Assembly (NCBI GenBank): GCA_977020255.1
Contig: CDROCS010003282.1
Span: forward strand, 186,001-250,000
DNA from: Obrimoposthia wandeli
Lineage: Eukaryota
Direction of reading: 5' to 3'
DNA length: 64,000 nucleotides
Under the pieces are notes generated by a model. That model did not search any database and was not told the origin of the DNA. It saw only the letters and a program-made list of their open reading frames with translations. This document shows, piece by piece, positions 10,410 through 21,650 of the stretch (position 1 is the first letter of the stretch; every line of letters starts with the position of its first letter). A program made the translations under genes and the position numbers.

Positions 10410-12312
10410 AATACATATAATTTTAACAAAATCATCCAGAATTTATGGAAAATAATTCAAATAATATTTATGATATGTATAATTACAAATATAATAAAAC
10501 CTATAAATGCTCTTGAAGCATATGATTGTTCAAAATATAGTATTCAAAATAAATATTCACTAATGGATTTACAACAATGCGCCGACGCAGATCCAAATGA
10601 AGTAAAAGTTAAAACCACCAAGTTATTTCATGTATACCAGGAAACAGATTACATAAATACAGAAGTTTTCGAATGTAGAGTACATGTGGAAACATTCATA
10701 ACATATTGCGGACAACACAGCCATAATTCAATTGTTAAGCCAGCATTAGGAAAAACACCAATAATTGTTGACGCGTTAAATTGTAAAGATGCTTTTGCAA
10801 CAGGCGAACTGAGAATAGATAGAGAAATAAAAGTAAAAGCAATAAAAAACAAAATAATACAACAAATGATTACAGTGGTAGGAACTATCAAATCTGACGG
10901 AGAATGCACAACAGGATCATACGTCGTAATGGGAGTTAAACAAAATGGTTTAGTAGTTATAAAAAACTTTGAGGTAGAACTAAGAACATTTAAGGCAACA
11001 TTTGATCCATCTACAAATACCATGGTGACTATGCCTTTTTGTGCAGCGAATATCGGATATTGTAACACAGGATCCTCAATTTTATACTATAAGGTAAAAA
11101 CAGACCAATGTAAATTAATACTACTAAAATCAGAAAATTTCCAAATAATTCAAGGTCAAAGATTCAAAGATGATCCAGAGCTAGATCAACGAATTCCAAA
11201 AAATATACTTAAAAAATATAGAACTAGAAAAATACAAAAAACATCAACTCCAACTATTTTAATGTCAACTGAACAAGGTTCAGGTATGCGATTTATTAAA
11301 AAGAAAGAGGAATCCCGATGTGGACACTCTGTTTATTCAACTAATTATAAAGGAATATATCTAAGTAAAGAAAAAATTTATAATGCAAAAACTACACCAA
11401 CAAAATTTGATATAAAAAATTACGATTATTTCAATAATAAATTAGATTATTTTTATCACAAAGGATTAATGACAATAGAAGCTATTTATAGAGAAACAAT
11501 AATGAATGACTGTAAATTAAATCAAGAAATTTTGAAAACAAAACTAGCAATTATTGCTACAAATCCAGAATTAATAACACCATTATTACCGTTACCAGAT
11601 GGTACTTTCGGAAGAGTAATGGGAGAGGTATTATATACGTATCAATGCCAAAAAGTAATAGTTAATATAAGAAATCACAATAAATGTACTAAAGAATTAC
11701 CAATTTCATATAAAAATCATTCACTATTCGTAGAACCAATCACCAGAATAATACTTTTTAATACATTCAGTATAAAGGAAATGAATTGCTCAAACATAAT
11801 GGCACCTCATTATCAAATCTCAAAGGATATTTGGATATCACTCCCAAGAAGAGACATAGTCGCTCAACCATTAAAATTACAATTAACCGACCTCAATAAC
11901 GACATAGAAATAAAGTCAGACAATGAACTCAATACAAAAGGTATTTACATACAAGAAGACATAGACAAATTAAGAAAAGAAATTTTATTTCCTCAAATTA
12001 GATCACGAATTTTAACACAAATAATTGAAAGATCAGTACCAAACGGAATTGGCCGTCCTGATTATGATTTATTACTTTCTCCAAACCATTACATAAAAGC
12101 TACAAAAAATACAATGTCAAAAATATGGGGGAAAATTTTTAATATTTGGACAAGCATTTTCTGGACTGGTAGGAATATATGCACTACTAATATGCTTTAA
12201 AATACTATTGAGTCAAATTTTATCCACATACTATATTTATAAAGTTGGAGGATTAACATGGAAACTAATATTAGGATGTTTTCCATTTTTGGCAAAATTT
12301 CTTATATTTAAT
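10410..12312 (+). CDS. env: Chuvirus/Monjiviricetes-type fusion glycoprotein (env-like), with a +1 frameshift at G5 12127-12131
   Basis: Signal-like LWKIIQIIFMICIITNIIKPINA then LEAYDC; YSLMDLQQC; ITYCGQHSHNS; DCKLNQEILKTKLAI..NP..GEVLYTYQC..CTKELPI..FVEPITRI. After the shift: GKFLIFGQAFSGLVGIYALLICFKILL..GLTWKLILGCFPFL membrane region. Motifs match my recollection of chuvirus-like glycoproteins. Confidence 0.8.
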
Positions 12313-15300
12313 CATCATCAAAATACTGTAAACGCATTATCAAACGAAATGCGAGAAACAAATTTACAAAAAATAGTAGACAATAAAAATAAAGAGAATA
12401 CAGAATCTGCACAATACCCCGATTTAGAAAGATATAAAGAAGAAATAATAGTTAAAAAATCAACTGCACCAACAATATATACTATAAATCAAATGGATAA
12501 TGATAAACGACCTTATGTAAAAGTTGAAATAAATGAGTATAAATTAAAAGCTTTAATTGACACAGGATCAAGCGTAACAGTTTTAGACGAATCTTTCTTA
12601 AAACCACACCAAATATTGCTACTTCTCACAGATAATAGTCAAATAACAGCAGCAAATGGTCAACCCGTAAATATTATTGGTAAATTAGATTGCATTTTTA
12701 AAATAGGAGATAAATTTATAAAAATACCTACTAGAATAATGAAAAATTGTCCATGTCAGATGATAATAGGAATAGATACATTGAGGAAATTAGGAAACAA
12801 TTTTCACTTCGACTTTAAGAAAAATCAAATTAAAGACATTTACAGACCAAACGCTAAAAGCGAATACGAATTGGAAATAAAAGGAGATATCATCCTTCAA
12901 CCTAGAACAGAAACAATATTACAATTACAAACTAACATAGTTACAGAAAAAGACATCTTATTCGAACCTTATAAATATCAACAGGAAACATTAAATTACG
13001 TTCTACCAAATATAATTTGTAAAATAAAAAATAATACAATACCTATCAGAATACTAAATGGAGACATAAACGAGATTCATCTCAAAGTAGGAACACGCCT
13101 GGGAAAAATAAGTGTTATAGAGAATATAGAATTAATTAACAATGAAAAAATAGAAGACAATTCCACTGTAAAATTTGAAAATATTAGATTAAATGATTAT
13201 GAGAAATCAAAACTAAAATCATTGATGGAGAAATATGACGTAATTTTTGCAAAAAATGAATATGACCTAGGACGAACAGATTTAATTAAACATAACCTTC
13301 CGTTAACTATTAATACAGCAATCAAACAACGACCTTACCGTATCCCATACGCTTACAGAGAAGAAGCTCAAAGACAGGTAAAAGGAATGTTAGAGAATAA
13401 AATCATAAGAAGAAGTTTTTCAGCATGGACATCTCCAGTTGTTTTGATAAAAAAAAAAGATGGTTCACTAAGATTTTGCGTAGATTACAGAAAATTAAAT
13501 GAGATCACACATAAAGACACATATCCGCTTCCAAGAATTGATGAAATCTTAGATAAACTAAAAAATGCAAAAATATTTACAACCTTAGATTTACAAAGTG
13601 GATATTGGCAGATAGAAATAGAGGAATCAGATAAAGAAAAAACAGCATTCTCAACAGGAGAAGGATTATACGAATTTAACGTTTTACCTTTTGGATTAAC
13701 AGGTGCTCCAGCAACATTTCAGAGATGCATGAGCCACATTTTGATGGACGCCGATCATGTCATGGTTTATATCGACGATATTCTAATTTTTTCAAAAAAT
13801 TTTGAAGAACATTTAAAAGATTTAGAAAATGTATTTCTTAGATTAAAAATAGCAGGTTTAAAATTGAAACCAAAATAGTGTGAATGGATGAAAGACAAAG
13901 TGAATTATCTAGGTCACGCGGTATCAGCAAAAGGCATTCAACCAGATGAAAGTAATATAGAAAAAATAAAGAATTTTCCAATTCCAAAAACAGTAAAAAA
14001 TATACAAGAATTTTTAGGACTTGCAGGATATTATCGTCGATTTATCAGAAACTTTGCACAAATAGCAACACCATTAAACAAACTTATTAAAAAAGATGAA
14101 AAATTTGAATGGGAAACGGAACAACAAGAGTCATACGAGTACCTAAAACAAAAATTGATTGAAAAACCTATATTGAGATATCCTAACTTCAACAACTCGT
14201 TTCTAGTAATGACTGACGCAAGTGGATACGCGTTAGGAGCAGTACTAGGACAACAGGATAATAACGAAAAAGATCATGTGATAGCGTACGCAAGCAGAGG
14301 TCTTAAAAAACACGAAATAAATTATTCAACAATAGAAAGAGAATGCCTCACTATTTGCTTCGCAATGGAACATTTTAAACATTACTTATTAGGTCGAAAA
14401 GTTCACGTTTATACTGATCAAAGACCATTACAGTGGCTACTAAATCATAAAGATACGACATCTAGATTAATGAGATGGGCGTTAATTCTCCAAAAATATG
14501 ATATTGAAATTAAATATAGAAAAGGTAAATCAAACGCCAATGCAGATTGCCTATCTAGAATAAGAGAAGAAGTAAATGTAATAAATTCCAATGGTACCGA
14601 ATTAAATATTTTTACAATAATCAAGGCTCGATATGATGATAAAGTAATCACCGATCTTCAAAGCAAAGATACGGAATTACAACAAATAATTAAGTATATC
14701 ACCATCAATCAAGTTCCAACAGATGAAAAATTAAGAAAACATTTAAAAACTCATGAATCTCGCTATAAATTCAGTAACAATATTTTACATTATTTAAACG
14801 ATAAAAATCTGTACTCACTAGTTATACCTAAAGAAATACAATGCCAATTACTCCTTCAATATCATAACGGAGCTTTAGGAGGACATATGTCAACAAAAAA
14901 GACACATTCAAGATTAAATTTAAAATATTATTGGATTGATATGAAAGAAGATGTAAAAAATTGGTGTAATACTTGTGAAATATGTCTTAAAAGAAAAAAC
15001 ACCTTACGTACCACAAAGATACCTTTAAAACCAATACCGTATCCATCGGCCCCCATGGAAACTGTTGCCATGGATGTAATGGGGCCATTACCTGAAACAC
15101 CCCGAGGAAATCGATATATAATAGTATTTTCAGATTATTTTACAAGATGGCCAGAGGCTTTTCCAACACATGATCATAAGGCTGAAACCATCGCGAAGGT
15201 TTTAGTCGAAAAATTATTTTTACTTTCGGTGCACCCCGAAAATTATTAACCGACAAAGGTCCTGAATTTATAAATAATGTATTAGCATCAATAGCTGAAA

Positions 15301-16028
15301 TCTTTCACATAAAAAAGATCAATACAACACCATATCACCCTCAAACCGACGGATTAGTAGAAAGATTTAATAGAACCCTCGAAGATATGATGGCATCATA
15401 TACAAACAACAACCAAACAGATTGGGATTTGCACATACCCCCATGCCTTTTTGCATATAGAACATCAGTACATGCATCTACAGGAGAAACACCTTTTTAC
15501 CTTATGTTCCTCAGAGATCCGCAAATGCCTATTGATCTAACATTACTACAACCTACTACACAATACCTAGAAATACCTGAATACAAAATAGAAATTAGAG
15601 AAAGAATAAAACTAGCATTTGAAAAGGCTAAATTATTTGTAAAAAACATACAAGAAAATTACAAAGAATATTATGATAGAAGAACTAAACCATCAAATAT
15701 AAAAATCGGAAGTAAAATAATGATTCACAATCCACAAATCAATGTAGGATTATCACACAAATTATCAAAACCATACAAAGGACCATATACAGTTATTAGT
15801 ACCAATGGAACTAACATAACAGCTAAACTCGACAATGAGCTAAAATCAAAAGAAATAAGAACACACATAAATAGATGTCGACAAGTACCAGAAGAGAATA
15901 CAACAGTAAAAAGCCATAAATATAATTTGAGATCAAACACAAAAAACACAGTTTTACAAATGTTACCAATACAAGATATACAGAGAAAAATATTAAAAAC
16001 AAAAAATCTAAATGGAATAAGGCAATAG
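12313..16028 (+). pseudogene. pol: Pol (protease-RT-RNase H-integrase), broken by TAG at 13876 and a 1-nt deletion at 15209-15213
   Basis: ALIDTGSS (12559); LRFCVDYRKLN; LDLQSGYWQI; PFGLTGAPATFQR; YIDDILI; TDASGYALGAVL; YSTIERE; H..GGH..C..C; VAMDVMGP; LTDKGPEF and TDGLVERFN after frame repair; GPY motif. Confidence 0.96.
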
Positions 16029-16042
16029 TTATATCAATAAAG

Positions 16043-17290
16043 GAATTTTCAAAAATTTTAATAATATTCGCAATTTATCTCTTTATAAGTAAAAACGTGC
16101 AAGGAACAAATGCTACCAAACTAAATGATAAAAAACTAACTATAAAAAATGTTATAAATAAACATGACTCGACAACACATCTTATAAAAAATTTTGGTTT
16201 AATTACGATAATACCAGAAATCACATCTATAAAGTTAAAAATCTCGCTCTTTATAAACAAAACTGGAAATATACAAATTACACAAAAAGACAGAAAACAA
16301 AACATAACAATAATAGGAATAAAATCACGAAAATATACAATACCATTCTTAAGAGATGAAACACAATATGAAATTAAAATAAAATCAAATACACAAAACA
16401 TTACACTTTATCAAAGAACTATAGAAACTCACATATACCTAGCATCAATATTAGAAACAACAGCGAAATATATATCAAAACATAAAATAATGATAAAATG
16501 GGAATTTCAACTAAAAATAGACGACTTAGATAAAGCCCTAATTAGAATTAGATATAGAGGACATAATGTTAATTTTTGGAAAAACTCAGAAAAAAAATTA
16601 GGAAAAACACAAACTAAAACAAATTTAACCATAGAAAATATAAGATATCCAGAGAAAATAATAATACAATATAGAGAATGTGTAATCACAAATAAACCAA
16701 TGATGTATAGAAGTTGGGGACACATTTTGAATACTTACAAAAACATAACTACTTTAGAAATAATAGGAAAAAAGATATCAAAAATGTTTCAACCAACTCT
16801 TTTTTGCGGGAGTTGGCTAATAATAAAAATAAAAGAACCTATTTTAAATTCAACAAAAGTAATGAAAATATATTTAACACAATATACAACAAAAATATTT
16901 AAGAAAATATCATCAATCATTTCTAAAGAAAACATACAAAACCAGTCAACCTTTTTAAAAAATACAATAAATTCATCAAAATCGATGAACTTAAAACATA
17001 TGGCATTTTTTAGTCAACGAAATCATTCACAAAACATATATCGTGCAGAATTTAAGATAATAATAGCAATAATAATTGAAATGTTTAATATTTTAATAAA
17101 AGTAATAAGAAAAATAAGAAATTTTGAAAGAATTAAAACTAAAAAATCATTTCACTTAAACAAACTGTATGGACCACCAGGTCCACTCATAACATCCCTA
17201 ATACCAAGTGGTACAAATTCATCCAATACATCAATAGATACGGTAATCAAGAACTATAAGCACAAAGAGAAAAACAACACTGATTTGTAA
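16043..17290 (+). CDS. Putative type I membrane glycoprotein with an FN3-like beta domain (accessory ORF)
   Basis: Frame open from 15926; signal-like KILIIFAIYLFISKNVQG; IKW..IRIRYRG..W..TNLTIENIRYP pattern; nine N-x-S/T sequons; hydrophobic IIIAIIIEMFNILIKVI then basic residues; diverged homolog at 21325-21650. Confidence 0.55.
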   Translation, partial: EFSKILIIFAIYLFISKNVQGTNATKLNDKKLTIKNVINKHDSTTHLIKNFGLITIIPEITSIKLKISLFINKTGNIQITQKDRKQNITIIGIKSRKYTIPFLRDETQYEIKIKSNTQNITLYQRTIETHIYLASILETTAKYISKHKIMIKWEFQLKIDDLDKALIRIRYRGHNVNFWKNSEKKLGKTQTKTNLTIENIRYPEKIIIQYRECVITNKPMMYRSWGHILNTYKNITTLEIIGKKISKMFQPTLFCGSWLIIKIKEPILNSTKVMKIYLTQYTTKIFKKISSIISKENIQNQSTFLKNTINSSKSMNLKHMAFFSQRNHSQNIYRAEFKIIIAIIIEMFNILIKVIRKIRNFERIKTKKSFHLNKLYGPPGPLITSLIPSGTNSSNTSIDTVIKNYKHKEKNNTDL

Positions 17291-17355
17291 AAATCAAAAG
17301 ATTTATTTATTATTTTTTTTAAATAAGACTTAAAAACTTTTTAATAATTTAGAAA

Positions 17356-17664
17356 ATGAGAAATTCAAAATTAGTACAGAATAATAGAAGAAGATATAAG
17401 AGACAGAAAAAATGGGAAAATAAATTGTTAATAGAGAATATAAATCTGAGATCGCATTTAAAAGACAAGGAAATGGAATGTGAACGAATGAATAATGCTT
17501 TTGACGTTGCAATTGAAAGATTAGAATATAGCCAATCAAGCCAGGAAATACTAGTACAAAGACTCAGAGAAGCGTTAAATTCACTAATATCCTTACGATC
17601 AATGGTGAATCACTTGATGGGATTCCAACATATAGAAAGCGATGATTCTGGATGCGACAATTAG
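17356..17664 (+). CDS. Small basic/coiled-coil accessory ORF (102 aa)
   Basis: ATG start, RRRYKRQKK basic cluster, heptad-like helix, acidic tail; AG acceptor-like site 3 nt upstream. Confidence 0.5.
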   Translation: MRNSKLVQNNRRRYKRQKKWENKLLIENINLRSHLKDKEMECERMNNAFDVAIERLEYSQSSQEILVQRLREALNSLISLRSMVNHLMGFQHIESDDSGCDN

Positions 17665-17981
17665 TAAATTCCCTAGTGAGTAGAATTAAAATCATTTAAT
17701 AAAGACTGAGAATGAAATAGAGATTATGAGCATGATTTAGGAAAATAATGTTTAATGAATTAAAAAGGATAAAGAGAGAAAAATAATAATAATAAACATA
17801 ATTATATCTATATATATATCTATACTTTATTTATGATTATCGAGCAACAAGGAACTAGTACAATATTAGATATACTCTTGATTAACCAACTAACTAATGA
17901 ACTAATAATTTATTTTTATTTTTGCATGAGCTTTATGACTAATGACCTTGCTGTATTCTTATTCTGTTATATATATCACAG

Positions 17982-19126
17982 ATGGAATACTCAACAAACA
18001 AACGGAAATGGATCCGTGTAGTGGGAGAAAGTTGTTTAGACGGTCCTTCACCACCAGTTATAGATTTAAGCAACGATGAAATACAAACAAAGTGTACTCC
18101 AGAAATGAATATCTTAGCAAAGTTCCTTTATAGAAGAATGAGACAGTATAGGAAAGAGAAACTTAAAAATAATGATGAGAGCAAACACATTTTTGAAAAT
18201 CAAACGTTCATCCCAAATAAATTGAAAATCACTAAAACTAGTAGAAAAGGTGTCATAATCACCATGCATCATACAAAAAATGTAAGGATAAGTTTAATAG
18301 AATTGGTAGGTGAATTGATAGACATAGAGGAGATAGAGATACATGTAGCAGAAGGACGAGCCCACTTAATGAGTAAGCAAGAGAAAGATTTAAGTTACAT
18401 GTTCCTCCAAAATCATTCATACACCATCAGTAAAAACGAATTAATAAACGAATATTTATTAAAATTTAGTCCTAGACGCAATACATTTTTTATAGAGCTT
18501 ATAAAAAAGACAAATAAAATCATGTTCATAGAAAATAATACTACAAAACAGGCACCCGTTAAATATTTTATGGATTGTGAAATGGCCACCGCAGTTAACA
18601 AGTAAGTATCACGATAATAGATGAAAAGAACCAGATCGTGTTACATGAAATAGTCACACCGAGGGAAAGAATCCGAAATTATGTACATCGAGTGACTCAT
18701 TTTACGGAGAAATCATTGACAGGAAGAGCCGATGCGGAAGACATTATAACAAGAGCTCAAACAATACTAGTCGGAAACATCCTAGTAGGAGCAGGAGTAG
18801 AAAATGATTTAAAAGTTTTACGACTCGAAAGATGTCAGTTTGCAAGAATAGTAGATCTAGGTGCATCCACTGAAATTAGATCAGAACTAGGCCATAATCA
18901 TCCAAAAATAGCACTAAAAACAATGATAGAGAAATATTTTGGAGAAGAATCTCAAAAGAAATATCACACTTGTTTAGAAGACGCAAGAAACATTAAGCGA
19001 GTTTTTGACAAACGTAAAGAAAGACTGGTGGAGGAGTTCCGTTTGAATGATTTGTTGGGTACCCCAAATGAGATATCCGACTCCGACTCTGATTCAAACG
19101 ACTGTTTTATTCTAGACAACGTATAG
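17982..19126 (+). CDS. REX4/ISG20-like DEDDh 3'-5' exonuclease with N-terminal extension, split by a frameshift near 18600
   Basis: ExoI YFMDCEM (18570-18584) ends ORF 17982-18605. The other frame continues VSITIIDEKNQIVLHEIVTP..IRNYVHRVTHFT, ExoII NILVGAGVENDLKVL, IALKTMIEKYF and ExoIII HTCLEDA. Confidence 0.85.
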
Positions 19127-19442
19127 TTAAAAGGTATTATTATTACTGCACGAACAATTGACCTATTTGTTATCAAAAACCTATCAACTTTTAAACTATT
19201 TATCATTTTTAAAATGACTTCGTATACAAATTTTTCTGCAAATTACTGAAATTTTGATCCTGACATCAACTTTTAATGTAAGAACAAATTTTATACTCTT
19301 ATTATTTTATGCATCATGCAATAGATATTTTTACTACTCGCGAATGTGTAACATAAAAATTGACGTTTTACTTTTCATCTTCAAATTTTTTCATTTATTT
19401 TTGCGAACGTCAGAGGTCTGACTTGGTTTACCCCCATAGGAT

Positions 19443-20823
19443 TGTTAAGTTTAATTAATTAAAAGTTAATTAAAAAGTGCATTAGGTGCACATTTATTCC
19501 TTTCTGCCCAGTTCAAATTGCCTGGAGATGCTGCCATTTCTCTCTCTCTCCCCACAACCGCAGCTATCTCCCTCGGCATGCGACCGGCCTCCTGATTTTT
19601 GCCACTGCTGCTGCGACTAGTTTATCTCTTCCCCTTTCTGGCACGTGCTGGTGGCTAGTCGGTCCACAATCGTCCCAGTTGCTGTGGGGACTGAAGTGCA
19701 GATTATTTCGGACAGCGGCATCGGCCGCCTCTCTTTACTCTTCTCTCACCTCAAGATGCACACACTCACAGAGCCTACCTGAATCTATGCCACATCAGCG
19801 ACAATTATCCTCTCCCCTTACAACAGTACATCTGACTGATTTTATTGATTTTACCCATGTGTATGCGTGTGTGGGCATGGCTTCTCCTCCAGTTACCTCT
19901 TCCCGATGCAGAAATTCCCCAACTACTGCGCCTATCTATCAATAAAGTCAAATCAAACTGACCTATTTTCCCTTGTCTATTCCCTCTACCAAGCCGCCAA
20001 TTGTGTTCCCCATGTACCATACAAGTCGACAATTCCCATCTGCCCATTCTATCACTTTCCGTGGCACCCAAACTCTAACTTACCATCTGCAGAAATTCTG
20101 CACATAATCGCCCTTTTTCCCTATCGATTATCTTCGCCGCTGCCGATGCTGCAATTCTGCAGCTGGCATTTATATACACTTGCTATAAATAGCAACAACA
20201 AATTGATATTGCTATAAATAGCAACGACAATATTTTCAGTGTACACAACTAAATTGGAAAATCTATCGTTTCACAGAAGTCGTATTGATATTGGAAATCA
20301 AACAAAAAACAACCTAACACAATTTTGTTGAATTATTGAAAATTGTTGAGGCAGAAGTCGTATTGATATTGGAAATCAAACAAAAAACAACCTAACACAA
20401 TTTTGTTGAATTATTGAAAATTGTTGAGGCAGAAGTCGTATTGATATTGGAAATCAAACAAAAAACAACCTAACACAATTTTGTTGAATTATTAAAAATT
20501 TTTGAGGCAGAAGTCGTATTGATATTGGAAATCAAACAAAAAACAACCTAACACAATTTTGTTGAATTATTGAAAATTGTTGAGGCAGAAGTCGTATTGA
20601 TATTGGAAATCAAACAAAAAACAACCTAACACAATTTTGTTGAATTATTGAAAATTGTTGAGGCAGAAGTCGTATTGATATTGGAAATCAAACAAAAAAC
20701 AACCTAACACAATTTTGTTGAATTATTGAAAATTGTTGAAACAAAAATCATATTGTTATTAAATACAAATTTCGAGAATTTTTAGGACTTTTGGATCGAG
20801 TTATTATTATCGTTATTATAACA
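19443..20823 (+). repeat. 3' LTR (1381 bp), with six 78-bp units at 20275-20740
   Basis: Matches 5' LTR apart from one extra 78-bp unit, (CT)5 versus (CT)6, and a few substitutions. Confidence 0.97.
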
Positions 20824-21324
20824 TAACTACAAAAAGATTGATTTAACCGCTAGATGAAGCAAGCGAAGCTCCAAAAGTTTTACAAAACGTTACAACACGT
20901 TAAATCGCACAAATTTGGAGAATTGCGAACATAATTGTTTAAACATAGTCATGATAACCTGACTTACAGAGGTAACGCAAGGATTATTTAAAGGATATGA
21001 TCATTATGTACAGAGAGTTAACCAAAAGGATACACTAAATATTTCAATTCGATTAATTAATGGAAATATTATGCTTGAGAAACTTAACGTGTATCAAACG
21101 ATAAAGACATTTTGAAGAAGATTAGCAGAGAAAATTTGAATAAACGGAATGAATTTGTTATTTCATTATAACGATAGATCGTTGGATGATGAAGACGTAC
21201 CGGTTGAGTGCAGATACCCGATAGAAAAGAAATCAGAAGAGAGAATCGATGCGATTTATGTAGGACGAGAGGAATTAGAAGATCATAAAGGATTGTCAGG
21301 AATATTGAATATATACTTAGCATC

Positions 21325-21650
21325 AAAATTAAAAAGGACAGCAAAATATATAACAAAATATCAAATCATGATAAAATGGAAAATTCAACTAAAATAGATG
21401 ACTTAGATAAAGCCCTCATAAGAATAAGATATAGAGGACATAATTCCCATTTTTGGAAATATACAGAAAAGAAACAGGAAAAATCACAATCCAAAACCAA
21501 TTTAACCATAAAAATATAAGATATCCTGAGAAAATAATCATGGACAAAAGAGAATGTTTAGTCACTAACAAACCAATAATGTAAAGACAATGGGACAAAT
21601 ATTTGAGACTTGTAAAATCTAACAAAATTAACGAGTTTAGGAAATAAAAT
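21325..21650 (+). pseudogene. Decayed homolog of the FN3-like accessory ORF, from an older related element (mirror copy about 51762-52073)
   Basis: IYLASKLKRTAKYITKYQIMIKW..DDLDKALIRIRYRGHN..W..KTNLTI..IRYPEKII..REC..TNKP aligns with 16430-16750; many differences are synonymous. Confidence 0.85.

Larger units (their letters stand above)
5979..20823 (+). mobile_element. Full-length Ty3/Gypsy (Metaviridae-like) LTR retroelement, 14,845 bp, with glycoprotein and accessory ORFs
   Basis: TGTT..AACA LTRs, TAAC duplication at 5975-5978 and 20824-20827, empty site (GTTA) at 52571-52574, PBS, gag, PR-RT-RH-IN order. Confidence 0.97.

Noticed and set aside
10407-13878. Alternative genetic code explaining the in-frame TAA and TAG
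   Set aside because: Both RanBP2 copies end at TAA right after the RanBD, and the RT stop replaces an expected Lys (AAG to TAG).
10649-16725. Antisense ORFs over env, pol and the FN3-like gene
   Set aside because: Hydrophobic shadows of A-rich sense strands; no independent support.
18600-18610. GTAAGT as a splice donor resolving the exonuclease frameshift
   Set aside because: The bases right after it encode the conserved VSITIID strand, so they cannot be intronic.
5979-20823. Vertebrate retrovirus or BEL-Pao assignment
   Set aside because: RT (FCVDYRKLN, LDLQSGYWQI, YIDD), RNase H and the 4-bp TSD fit Ty3/Gypsy.
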